From Bryobacteraceae bacterium (GTDB taxonomy: Bacteria > Acidobacteriota > Terriglobia > Bryobacterales > Bryobacteraceae): DNA of 35,940 nucleotides. Made by a program: the position numbers and the translations under genes. Every line of letters starts with the position of its first letter. The first letter of the stretch is position 1. Under the pieces are notes generated by a model. It saw only the letters and a program-made list of their open reading frames with translations. It was not told the DNA's origin and did no database searches. The stretch covers positions 1 to 35,940 of the forward strand of contig JBAWDI010000025.1 in assembly GCA_049590695.1 (NCBI GenBank). The letters are read 5' to 3'. This document shows positions 22,493-30,580 of this stretch, piece by piece.

Positions 22493-24945
22493 TGGCCTCC
22501 AATCACGTAGTACGCTCCCCAATAGCCCGGCTGGGCATGCCAGCCTCCGGAACGAATCATTTCAAGCTGCGCGGCGCGCAGCGCCTGTCCCGGATCCGCG
22601 CGGCGCCCGGTTCGCAGGTTCCGGTAGAGAGCCTTGAACAGCGGCCCATCCTCGTCGGGCGTGGGCCAGCGGCTGCTCACCACGGCTCGCGCCCCCGCCG
22701 TGAGCCAGGCGCGAGTCAATCCCATCAGCCCGGTTCCAGGCAGAGCCGCACCCTGGGCGGAGGAACACCCGCTCAGCACGATGAGGCCTGCGTCGATTCT
22801 CCAGTGGGCGATCTCAAACGGCGTGAGAAGTTCCGCCTCCTTGCTCTCCGACAGGCTGAGGGCGATCATGCCGAAAGCCGGGCGCTCGGCGGATTCCAGA
22901 ACGTGAGTGGCGAAGTGCACCACCGCCGGGTTGCGGCGCATCTCGTCCGCCAGGTTGCGGCGCGTCGCGCCGGCCCCCTCGAGCAGAATGCTCTCGCCAT
23001 CCCAGGCTCGCGCGCAATGATCCAGTTCAGCGCCGCTGGCCACCAAACGGGGCAGGACCAGACCGGCGGCGGCGCTCGGGGCGGAAGCGGTGAAGAGTCT
23101 CAGCGGCGACAGCCATCCGGTTCCGGCATTCCTCCGGCCGTGCGGCAGCCGCGGGTCCGCCGCATTGTAGATGGGATCGCCGACTCCCAGGAACACCGGA
23201 GAGGGCTGCCCGGCGGTCTGCCGCGTGGCGGTCTCGAGCCAAAAGCCGGCGCTGGGAATGACTACCGTGGTGCGCCGTTCGGCTACATAGACGGGCCGCG
23301 GCCGGGTGCTTTCGATCAGCGCGGCTACCGGAACGTCGAAAAGGCCCTCGTCCAACGCCAGCAGCCAGCGCGTCTTGTGCCGGAACCGGGAAGCCAGCGG
23401 CCCGAAAAGAGTGTGGTACAGATTCGCGCCGGCCGGTCCGGGATCCGTCGAATCTTCGCGGATGGCGCGCACCACGGCTTGAATCTGAGACTCGATCTCG
23501 TGGCGTGGCGGCAAGACGTAGAGCGCCAGCCCGCCCCGGTCCAGCGCCCACAGCCAGGAGACGGAATCGCCCAGGTCGAAGCTGAGCAGAGCGGTATGGG
23601 AATCGAGCGCGGCGCGCGTGCGTTCCAGCAGGCCGGTGGCCGCGGGTTGGGCAATTGCGTCCGGCACTGCTTGCAGGCGGATGATTTCGGCGCGTGTGGC
23701 GCGAACCACATCCTGGGCGTGCGGGTCTTGAGTCCGCAGAGCCTCGGCCTCCTCGCGCTGCAGCCGGTCGAGCGCCTTCCAGGAGGCTGCCACGTCCACG
23801 GCGGCCGCGCGGCGTCGGAAGGGAATCTCCCGCAGCCTGCCCGCGCGGTTCTCCTCGGCGGCCTCGAAGGTTTCGCGGATCAGGGCCGGGTCGCCAGTCT
23901 CGAGATACAGCCGGTTGCCGGCTTCCACCAGAGCGGAATAGACCTGATCCAGCCAGCCTTCGGCTCCCGTGCGGGCGTCGTCATAGGGCGGCGCGGACCA
24001 GCGCCACGCGCGCGCCAGACGCGCCGCGATTCGCAAGTCATCGAGGGCTTCCCGGAAGCGGCCCTGCGCCAGCCGGACACAGCCTCGGAAATGATAGACG
24101 TCCCACGAAGGTATGGGACTATGAGGACGCGCCGCCAGCTCCACGGCGCGGTCCAGCAGCGCCGAAGCGGACGACAGGTCGCCCTGCGCCAGGCGCAGGC
24201 GTCCCAGATTGCGATACGAAGTGTCCAAAGCCAGCTTGTGCAGTTTTCGGACGCGGTAGGCCTCCAGAAGGGGTGCTTCCGCTTGCGAAAGGTCGCCGCG
24301 CTTCAAAAACTCTTCGCCCAGCCGGTTCCAGCCAAGGGCGTAAAGTTCGAGGTCGCCGGCGCGATCGGCGGCGTCGGTGCCCTGGCGGAACAACTCGGCC
24401 GCTTCCGGCATGCGGTCTTGCCGCGCGCGCAAGGTGGCCAACTGGATCAGCAACTGGGGCAGATGGTCGCGCCGGTCCTTGCCGGACACGCGCTCCAGTG
24501 CGCCTTCGATCCATTGCGCCGCGGCTTCCAGTTCTCCCATTTCGGAGTAGAGCGATGCGAGGTTGACATCCAATACCGCGGTGTAGCTGGCGTCGCCGGC
24601 CCGATCGGCCAAACGATGCGCCTCCAGGAAGGAGCGTAGAGCGGGTCGATACTGGTGAAGAGCGAATTGGCAACCGCCCACGTTGCCGGTGGCGCGCGCG
24701 GCTACATCGTCTTCCCCTGCCGCGAGTGCTTCCCGCCGAAGCGATTCAAAATAACTTTCGGCATCGCCAATTCGACCGGCCCCGAATATGCCGGCGCCCT
24801 GACGCAGCCGTGCCAGCATGGGCGCACGGCGGGCGGATTCCGAGACGAGCAGGGGCAGCGCCCCGAGTCTCGGAACGGGCTTCCGTGCCGTGCCGGCTAA
24901 CGAAAACACGAGCAGGTAACAAGCCGCTACTTTAGCTGTTTTCAA
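22489..24945 (-). CDS. TPR-repeat plus CHAT-domain (caspase-like peptidase fold) protein
   Basis: The N-terminal half has TPR-like repeats (..YRPALRSFLEAHRLA.., ..MGELEAAAQWIEGAL.., ..GDLSQAEAPLLEAYR..). The C-terminal CHAT region has the His block VVHFATH and the Cys block IVLSGCSS. The start codon is TTG at 24945. Confidence 0.85.
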   Translation of the reverse strand: MKTAKVAACYLLVFSLAGTARKPVPRLGALPLLVSESARRAPMLARLRQGAGIFGAGRIGDAESYFESLRREALAAGEDDVAARATGNVGGCQFALHQYRPALRSFLEAHRLADRAGDASYTAVLDVNLASLYSEMGELEAAAQWIEGALERVSGKDRRDHLPQLLIQLATLRARQDRMPEAAELFRQGTDAADRAGDLELYALGWNRLGEEFLKRGDLSQAEAPLLEAYRVRKLHKLALDTSYRNLGRLRLAQGDLSSASALLDRAVELAARPHSPIPSWDVYHFRGCVRLAQGRFREALDDLRIAARLARAWRWSAPPYDDARTGAEGWLDQVYSALVEAGNRLYLETGDPALIRETFEAAEENRAGRLREIPFRRRAAAVDVAASWKALDRLQREEAEALRTQDPHAQDVVRATRAEIIRLQAVPDAIAQPAATGLLERTRAALDSHTALLSFDLGDSVSWLWALDRGGLALYVLPPRHEIESQIQAVVRAIREDSTDPGPAGANLYHTLFGPLASRFRHKTRWLLALDEGLFDVPVAALIESTRPRPVYVAERRTTVVIPSAGFWLETATRQTAGQPSPVFLGVGDPIYNAADPRLPHGRRNAGTGWLSPLRLFTASAPSAAAGLVLPRLVASGAELDHCARAWDGESILLEGAGATRRNLADEMRRNPAVVHFATHVLESAERPAFGMIALSLSESKEAELLTPFEIAHWRIDAGLIVLSGCSSAQGAALPGTGLMGLTRAWLTAGARAVVSSRWPTPDEDGPLFKALYRNLRTGRRADPGQALRAAQLEMIRSGGWHAQPGYWGAYYVIGGQ

Positions 24946-25344
24946 ATGGCCCAGCTTCAGATCTGTTTGTCGGAATTCAAAACCACACCTGGCAATTCTT
25001 TGGGAATACTATCTTTCGGTAATATCCCCAAAGAATCATACCAGCTTTTACCTAAGAATAGGTTACCCCAAATTGGGGCTATTCATATGACGCGTTTGTG
25101 GGTAACGCGATTTGGTTACTTCAACAACAGCTTCTTACCACAATCCGGAAACGATGATAATAATCGGATCGGTTGGCATTTTCGCTGTAAACGACCGTTA
25201 GAAAAGCAGCGGTCCTTTTCAACCTCACATTACCTTACACATTTGCCAAGTAAGGAAGTGGTTGCGCCAAGCCGCTGACTCTAAAGGAAATTCAGTTCTT
25301 ATGTTTTAGTGAACGCCCGCAGTGGGGCGTCACCGGCGCGGCGA

Positions 25345-25809
25345 TCAACGGGGGTAGGAACCGGCGATCTTCTTCACCAAGCCGTGAAAACGATGGAACC
25401 ACGCCCCGCCGGGCAGGAACATCATGGGGCACTGGCCGGGAATCACCGAGATGCCGTTGGCTTCACAGAACTTCACGGCATCGGCGCTCACGGCTCCCTG
25501 GCCAGTGGCGCGGTACAACCATACCCGCTTGACGCCCGCTTCGGCGCAGTCGCGGACTACCCGGTCCGTAAGCGACGGCGGCGTCATCAGCAGAGCGCCG
25601 CCGACAGGAGGTTGGATCTCTTGCAGGCGGGCAAAGCACGGAAGTCCCTCCATCTCGCGGGCTTCCGGATTCACCGGCACGGGATCAAAGCCTTTCTGGC
25701 GAAACTCGCGCAGCAACGCTCTTGAGAAGTCCTTTGGCTGGCGCGAAACGCCCACGATGGCGAAGCGCTTCTGGCCCAGGAAGTCCTGTATGCGCTCCAT
25801 GACGGCCAT
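25345..25809 (-). CDS. CoA-binding domain protein (YccU-like)
   Basis: KRFAIVGVSRQPKDFSRALLREFRQKGFDPVPVNP is the typical opening of a CoA_binding_2 domain. The ATG at 25809 (or 25800) is preferred because the track N-terminal extension to 25914 looks non-coding. Confidence 0.8.
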   Translation of the reverse strand: MAVMERIQDFLGQKRFAIVGVSRQPKDFSRALLREFRQKGFDPVPVNPEAREMEGLPCFARLQEIQPPVGGALLMTPPSLTDRVVRDCAEAGVKRVWLYRATGQGAVSADAVKFCEANGISVIPGQCPMMFLPGGAWFHRFHGLVKKIAGSYPR

Positions 25810-26058
25810 GTCTGACACGAATCTCCCGTCCGCTATTATGACTCTCCGGCGAAACCCGGTCACAACTTTTTTTCCCTTCAGATTCAGTGACTTAGCGGGA
25901 TTCGCTTGCACCAAGCGCCTGCTACGATCAAATCAGAGGAGTTGTACGGGCAACTCCTGATGCCATGGCTTCCACTTGTCTGGGCGGCCTGGGGCTTGGG
26001 CGGCTCCCGGGTCCCCCGGACAGGGTGGGAGAGCGTACTGGGTTTCTGGATTCATCCG

Positions 26059-26799
26059 ATGAAGACATTTCAGCAGATCCTCGTTTGTGCCCTTCTGTCG
26101 GCCCTGACGGCGCTGGTGGTGTGTACCATCCTTTTGCTGCGCGCCGCCACGGCGACGGTGGCGGCCATCCCCGGCGAGGTCGAAGCCACTCGCCGGGAAC
26201 TGATCGGCGTGGTGGAGGCGACTCGTAAGGATCTCACCGCGCAGGTGGAATCCGCCCGCCAGGATGTGCTGGCGCGCTCCGAGCGGCAGTCGGCGGCGCT
26301 TCGCACGGACGTAATGGCCGAGGTTGCCGAGATCCGAAAGATGGCCGACCGGCGCCTCGGCGACACCCTGGCGCGCGTGGATACCGCCCTCGGGACGATG
26401 GAAGCGCTGCGGCGAGACCTCCAGCCGGTGCTCGACAATTCCGCCGCCATCACCGCGCAGGTGAATGCTTCCCTCCCCCTCTTCCTCGACTGCGACCACA
26501 ACGCCGATTGCTTCTTCAACCGGTACGTCGGAGCTTCCCGGGGAATCGAGCGCGCCGCGTTGAATTTTGGGCAAGCATCGACAACCTTCAATTCGGCGCT
26601 GCCAGGGTTTGTGAGGAACGCCGATTCCTTGGTAGCGGACAGCGCAGCGACGGCGAACAACATCAAGCGGCTGACCACGCCGAAGTGGTACGACCGCCTC
26701 ATCGGCTACGGATTGAACGGGGTGGTGATCTACCGCAACCTCAACCCTGTAACCAGCCTCGCGATCACGGGAACGCAGTTTCTGAGCGCGCGGCCATGA
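26059..26799 (+). CDS. Membrane-anchored hypothetical protein that looks coiled-coil from its heptad-like, charged-residue pattern
   Basis: The ATG at 26059 gives MKTFQQILVCALLSALTALVVCTILLL, an N-terminal transmembrane segment. Long Ala/Arg/Glu-rich helical sequence follows. It is the first gene of a four-gene plus-strand cluster that ends in a lysozyme. Confidence 0.6.
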   Translation: MKTFQQILVCALLSALTALVVCTILLLRAATATVAAIPGEVEATRRELIGVVEATRKDLTAQVESARQDVLARSERQSAALRTDVMAEVAEIRKMADRRLGDTLARVDTALGTMEALRRDLQPVLDNSAAITAQVNASLPLFLDCDHNADCFFNRYVGASRGIERAALNFGQASTTFNSALPGFVRNADSLVADSAATANNIKRLTTPKWYDRLIGYGLNGVVIYRNLNPVTSLAITGTQFLSARP

Positions 26800-26856
26800 A
26801 GTGGGTAACATAACCGCGCCCGGCGCACCGGGCAGAAGACGAAAGGAACAATCCGT

Positions 26857-27216
26857 ATGACACTCGCAAACGCATTCTCGGCAGCATGGAAAGACCTCAA
26901 GGCGGTCGCCAGCAAGGTCGCCACCGTGCTCACCAACGACTCAGCAGCCATCCAAACCGTGGTCGCGGACGCCAGCACCGTGATCGCCGCCGTGGCGCCG
27001 TCACTGGCGCCAATCGTGACGGAATTCGACGCGCTGGAAGAGGCCATCGTGGGAAAGATCGCCGCCGCCGCTGCCGACGTGACAAACGCTTCCAGCCTCT
27101 CCGCGCTGTTCGGTGAGATCTGGCCGGGCGTCCAGTCGTTGGTGGCAACTCTGAAAAACCATCCGACCGTGGCCAGCGTGACAGCGGCACTCGACACCGC
27201 TCAAAAGGCTAACTAA
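26857..27216 (+). CDS. Hypothetical Ala-rich small protein (119 aa)
   Basis: AAAGGAA sits 8 nt upstream of the ATG. The composition is coding-like. I recognise no family. Confidence 0.55.
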   Translation: MTLANAFSAAWKDLKAVASKVATVLTNDSAAIQTVVADASTVIAAVAPSLAPIVTEFDALEEAIVGKIAAAAADVTNASSLSALFGEIWPGVQSLVATLKNHPTVASVTAALDTAQKAN

Positions 27217-27237
27217 GGCCCGCAAGACAGAAAGGAC

Positions 27238-27435
27238 ATGACGTTCATGCATTCATACGTGTTCAATCTGTTGACGGGAGGCACGGCCGCGCTGGTGGTT
27301 TCGGCCGCCGCGCGCGCCCTCCCCGAGCCCATGCCGATGGGTTCGCGCCTCTACCTGTGGCTCTACCGGTTTACGCATCTCATTCTGGCCAACTTCGACA
27401 AGGTGACCAATGAAGGCAAGCCGAGCGGCAATTGA
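27238..27435 (+). CDS. Small two-TM membrane protein, holin-like by position
   Basis: The 65-aa product has two hydrophobic segments (VFNLLTGGTAALVVSAAARAL and LYLWLYRFTHLILANF) and a charged C-terminus. AAAGGA lies upstream. Its 3' end overlaps the lysozyme start by 26 nt. Confidence 0.5.
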   Translation: MTFMHSYVFNLLTGGTAALVVSAAARALPEPMPMGSRLYLWLYRFTHLILANFDKVTNEGKPSGN

Positions 27436-27859
27436 ACTGATCAAACGCTTCGAGTCGCTCGCGCTCGAAGCCTACCTTTGTCCCGCGGGAGCATGGACCA
27501 TCGGTTGGGGGCACACCGCCGGCGTCGAACCGGGAATGCGAATCACCGAGCAACACGCCGAAGAACTGCTTGGCCTCGATATCGAAGAGGTCGAGCGCGG
27601 CCTGGCATCGGTGATTCGTGCGCCGCTGACCCAGGGGCAGATCGACGCGCTGGTGTCGCTCTGCTTCAACCTCAGAGGGGGCCCCCGGCAACTTCCCAAG
27701 GCGGCGCCCAAGCTGGTTTCGAAAATCAACTCCGGCGAGTACGCCGCGGCGGCCCTCGAATTCCTGGACATGAACCACGCCAACGGCGCCGTGCTTCCCG
27801 GACTCACCCGGCGGCGCGAGGCGGAGCGGGAACTGTTTCTGGGCGCGGGCGGTACCTAG
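27410..27859 (+). CDS. GH24 phage-type lysozyme (endolysin-like)
   Basis: IELIKRFESLALEAYLCPAGAWTIGWGHT aligns to the T4-lysozyme-type E-x8-D-x5-T motif, with Cys24 in the Asp position. Downstream motifs LTQGQIDALVSLCFN and LPGLTRRREAERELF are typical of the family. Confidence 0.85.
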   Translation: MKASRAAIELIKRFESLALEAYLCPAGAWTIGWGHTAGVEPGMRITEQHAEELLGLDIEEVERGLASVIRAPLTQGQIDALVSLCFNLRGGPRQLPKAAPKLVSKINSGEYAAAALEFLDMNHANGAVLPGLTRRREAERELFLGAGGT

Positions 27860-27874
27860 ACACGGCGGCGGGTT

Positions 27875-27947
27875 GACAGACGGAAGCGTCTGTCCCACCT
27901 TTCCCACAAGGGCTTGCGCTTTTGTGGGGCAGGCGCTTTCGCCTGCC
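27875..27947. terminator. Three tandem GC-rich hairpins between convergent genes (candidate bidirectional terminator region)
   Basis: Hairpin 1 is GACAGACG-GAAG-CGTCTGTC (27875-27894). Hairpin 2 is CCCACAA...TTGTGGG (27903-27928). Hairpin 3 is GGCAGGCG-CTTT-CGCCTGCC (27928-27947). U-tracts are weak. Confidence 0.4.
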
Positions 27948-27973
27948 AACCGATTTCTTCACAACGTGCGGCA

Positions 27974-28336
27974 CTACCCGCAAACCGGGCTGCGCGCGAA
28001 CACCCACTCTTCCACCACCCGGCCGCCGATGAGGTGCTCCTGGATGATTCGCTCCAACACCTCCGGCGTGGCTGAGTGGTACCAGACGCCTTCGGGATAG
28101 ACCACCGCAATGGGGCCTTGCTCGCAGATGCGCAGGCAATTGGCTTTGGTGCGGTAGACGCGGTCCAGCAGCCCCAGTTCCGCCAGCCGCCGCTTTAGAT
28201 AGTCCCACGACTCCAGCCCGGCCTCCTTCGCGCAGCACCTCGGCGTGGTCTGATCGCAACACAGAAAAATGTGCCGCCGAATGCCCGGGATGCCCAGGCC
28301 CGCGGCAATCCGCGTCAATCGCTCGATGTCCGGCAT
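27974..28336 (-). CDS. Thioredoxin-like [2Fe-2S] ferredoxin
   Basis: The 120-aa product reads [14 protein letters not shown]...[22 protein letters not shown], the Cys pattern and fold signature of the thioredoxin-like 2Fe-2S ferredoxin family. Confidence 0.75.
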   Translation of the reverse strand: MPDIERLTRIAAGLGIPGIRRHIFLCCDQTTPRCCAKEAGLESWDYLKRRLAELGLLDRVYRTKANCLRICEQGPIAVVYPEGVWYHSATPEVLERIIQEHLIGGRVVEEWVFARSPVCG

Positions 28337-28344
28337 GCCGTTGG

Positions 28345-28923
28345 TCAGAACTGCACTTTCGGCGCCGTCCGCGCCCCTGGCTCCGTCTTGAAATAGGCGT
28401 CGTTGCGCGCGAACCCCGCCATCGACGCCACAATGTTGTTGGGGAACAACTCGATCGACGTGTTATACCGCTGCAGCACCTCGTTGTATTTGCGGCGCTC
28501 CACGGCGATGCGGTTCTCCGTCCCCGCAATCTCGTCCTGCAAGCGCAGGAAATTCTCGTTGGAGCGCAACTGCGGATAATTTTCCGAGATCACCAGCAAC
28601 CGCGAGAGCGCGCTGGAGAGCTGGTCGTTGGCCTGGATCTTCTCCTGGGGGGTGCGGCCGCCGATCAGGGCCGCGCGGGCGTCGGCGATGTCCTTGAAGA
28701 CCTCCGTCTCATGTTTGGCGAACCCCTTCACGGTCTCCACCAGGTTGGGAATGAGGTCGGCGCGCCGCTGCAAGACCACCTCGACATCCGCCCACGCCGC
28801 ATCCATGGAATTGCGCTGCGTCACCAGGTCGTTGCGCACGCTGTAATACTTGCTCACGGCCGCCAGGCCCACCACGACCACCACCAGGACCACTATCAGA
28901 ACCACGATCAGAGCGGTTTTCAC
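28345..28923 (-). CDS. lemA: LemA family protein
   Basis: The GTG at 28923 is preceded by AGGAG 5 nt upstream. An N-terminal transmembrane segment ([20 protein letters not shown]) is followed by [42 protein letters not shown]...[12 protein letters not shown], the canonical LemA sequence. The track N-terminal extension to 29154 is rejected. Confidence 0.85.
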   Translation of the reverse strand: MKTALIVVLIVVLVVVVVGLAAVSKYYSVRNDLVTQRNSMDAAWADVEVVLQRRADLIPNLVETVKGFAKHETEVFKDIADARAALIGGRTPQEKIQANDQLSSALSRLLVISENYPQLRSNENFLRLQDEIAGTENRIAVERRKYNEVLQRYNTSIELFPNNIVASMAGFARNDAYFKTEPGARTAPKVQF

Positions 28924-28933
28924 GTGTTGTCTC

Positions 28934-29644
28934 CTATTTCTCGAGCCGGTCCACGGCGTCGATGACCACCGATATCCCTTGCATATACGCGGCCAGCAGA
29001 GCGACCGGTTCCATGTCGCGCGGCTTGAGGCGCTCCTCCCGGATGTCGAGCAGCTTCTGGAACGGCGCGGGGTCGATCCCAAAATGTTCCCGCGCGTGTT
29101 CGATGACCTCGCGCTTCCGGGCGGGCGCCTCCACCCCGTGCAAAACCAGGGCATGGCGGAATAGCACGCAGAAGGTGGAAACGGAATCGAGCATCAGCCG
29201 GCGCAGCAGGTTGGAATCGGAGAGCACGCCGGAAGCCTTTTGGCGCAGGCGCAGCAGCTTGGCCCGCAGATCGTGCTCCACCTGCGCGCGGTAGAACACC
29301 TGGTCCACCACCAGCGGCGTAATGACGTCCTTGCCGAGCAGCAGCCGATGGTGCCGCTTGATGTCGTTGAACTCGATGGCGAAGCAGTCGGTGGAAGTGG
29401 CCAATTCGCGCTCGGTGAGCAGCAGCGGCGCGGGGTTGCCCTTCTCGCGCCACCAGCGGAAAATGCCCTGGCTGGCGCCCAGCTCGCGCGGCGTAATCTC
29501 GCTCAGAACGCACAGAACATTGAGATCGGAGAACTTGGCGTGGTGGTCGCCGGCGGCCGCTGAGCCGTAGAGCACCACCGAGACGAGACGGTCGCCGTAG
29601 GCCTTTTGCAATTTCTCCACCAGTTGGTTCAGCACCTTTTCCAT
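28934..29644 (-). CDS. Nucleotidyltransferase-domain (Pol-beta superfamily) protein with a C-terminal region that looks helical
   Basis: VVLYGSAAAGDHHAKFSDLNVLCVL is the GS...DxD-type minimal nucleotidyltransferase motif, with Asn in the second acidic position. The ATG at 29644 lies 10 nt after the upstream stop. Confidence 0.7.
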   Translation of the reverse strand: MEKVLNQLVEKLQKAYGDRLVSVVLYGSAAAGDHHAKFSDLNVLCVLSEITPRELGASQGIFRWWREKGNPAPLLLTERELATSTDCFAIEFNDIKRHHRLLLGKDVITPLVVDQVFYRAQVEHDLRAKLLRLRQKASGVLSDSNLLRRLMLDSVSTFCVLFRHALVLHGVEAPARKREVIEHAREHFGIDPAPFQKLLDIREERLKPRDMEPVALLAAYMQGISVVIDAVDRLEK

Positions 29645-29654
29645 GAGATGGTCC

Positions 29655-30428
29655 TCACCAGTTGCTGGAAGCGCCGCCTCCACCGGAGTCGCCGCCGCCA
29701 AATCCGCCGAATCCGCCGCCGGAATCGAATCCGCCGAATCCGCCGCCGCCGCGGCCGCCCCCCATGGAGCCGCCCATCACGTTGCCCAGAATCAGCCACG
29801 GCAGGAACCCGAGGCCCCCGCCGCCACGTCCGCCGCGCGTCAGCAACAGCAGCAGGATAAAGACTCCGCCGATCAGCACCGGCCACGGGAACGAATCGGA
29901 GACCGCCGGCCGCGTGCGCCGCGGCAGGCTCGCCTGTAGTTCCACGTTCTTGGCCTTGGCGATGGCGCTGCCGATGGTCTCGGCCGCCGCCATCATGGCA
30001 TCGCCGTAATCCCCCTGGCGCAGCGCCGGCCGCATCTCGCGCAGAATGCTGCCGGCCAGCCCGTCGGGCAGAATCGGTTCCAACCCGTACCCCACTTCCA
30101 GCCGGCTGCCGCGGTCGCCGATGGAGAGCAGCAGCAGGATGCCTTCATTCTTGCCCTTCTGGCCCACGCCCCAGGCGCGGAAGATGGTATTGGCTACGTC
30201 TTCGATGGGTTCGCCTTCAAGAGACGCGACGGTAACCAGCGCCATCTGCGCGCCCGTCGACTGCTCCACAATCCCGCCATAAGCCTCCAACTGGGCCTTG
30301 CTGGCGGGGTCGATCACGCCCGCGAAATCGCTGACATACCCTTGCGGCTGGAGCGCCTTCCAATCGACCGCCCTACCGGCACAGGCGCACAAGCCCAGCA
30401 GGAGGCCCAGCCGCAACCTTTTCCACAT
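29655..30428 (-). CDS. TPM-domain (YgcG/TLP18.3-like) protein with a Gly-rich C-terminal tail
   Basis: A signal or lipobox-like N-terminus (LGLLLGLCACAG) leads into GYVSDFAGVIDPASKAQLE...STGAQMALVTV...WGVGQKGKNEGILLLLSIGDRGSRLEVGYGLE, the TPM core. A transmembrane segment and a GGFGGF repeat tail follow. Confidence 0.85.
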   Translation of the reverse strand: MWKRLRLGLLLGLCACAGRAVDWKALQPQGYVSDFAGVIDPASKAQLEAYGGIVEQSTGAQMALVTVASLEGEPIEDVANTIFRAWGVGQKGKNEGILLLLSIGDRGSRLEVGYGLEPILPDGLAGSILREMRPALRQGDYGDAMMAAAETIGSAIAKAKNVELQASLPRRTRPAVSDSFPWPVLIGGVFILLLLLTRGGRGGGGLGFLPWLILGNVMGGSMGGGRGGGGFGGFDSGGGFGGFGGGDSGGGGASSNW

Positions 30429-30466
30429 GTTGAAGTTTCAGTGTACTACGCGACGGCATCGGCGTC

Positions 30467-30496
30467 TGGATTTCGCCGCCGCGCCTTTGCTAGAAT
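30467..30496 (+). promoter_or_regulatory. Candidate sigma70-type promoter for tRNA-Gln
   Basis: The -10-like TAGAAT at 30491-30496 ends 10 nt before the mature tRNA 5' end. The -35 is weak (TGGATT at 30467-30472, 18-nt spacer). Confidence 0.3.
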
Positions 30497-30506
30497 GGAG
30501 ATCAGT

Positions 30507-30580
30507 TGGGACGTCGTCTAACGGTAAGACTGCGGCCTCTGGAGCCGCGTATCGGGGTTCGAATCCCTGCGTCCCAGCCA
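30507..30580 (+). tRNA. tRNA-Gln (anticodon CUG), CCA encoded
   Basis: I folded the cloverleaf by hand. The acceptor stem is TGGGACG/CGTCCCA and the D stem is GTCT/AGAC. The anticodon stem is GCGGC/GCCGC with loop CTCTGGA, giving anticodon CTG. The T stem is CGGGG/CCCTG with loop TTCGAAT. The discriminator is G, followed by CCA. Total length is 74 nt. Confidence 0.9.

Noticed and set aside
22492-24639. A 715-aa plus-strand ORF opposite the CHAT-TPR gene.
   Set aside because: It is an antisense artefact. The minus-strand frame has TPR repeats and CHAT His/Cys blocks, while this frame is Arg/Gly/Gln-rich with no motifs.
24946-25278. A 110-aa plus-strand ORF in the AT-rich tract.
   Set aside because: It has no ribosome-binding site. 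Its composition is unlike every confident gene in the window (Asn/Phe/Lys/Ser-rich), and it lies in a region full of palindromes. I treat it as non-coding regulatory DNA, with some residual uncertainty.
25311-25333. A short GC hairpin (ACGCCC/GGGCGT) just downstream of the CoA-binding gene stop, considered as an intrinsic terminator.
   Set aside because: The stem is only 6 bp. On the gene strand it is followed by an A-rich run rather than a U-rich run, so it does not meet the canonical criteria.
25810-25914. N-terminal extensions suggested by the track for the CoA-binding gene (to 25914). Similar extensions appear for LemA (to 29154), the nucleotidyltransferase (to 29701), the secreted protein (to 19068) and the aminotransferase (to 33757).
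   Set aside because: The extensions are Arg/Ser/Trp-rich and overlap neighbouring genes. Internal starts give family-typical N-termini, signal peptides or ribosome-binding sites.
29655-29790. Short tandem GC-rich repeats (GCCGCCGAATCC-like units) that could be mistaken for a repeat array.
   Set aside because: They are the codons for the GGFGGFDSGGGFGGFGGG tail of the TPM-domain protein. No spacer-repeat periodicity is present, so this is not a CRISPR array.
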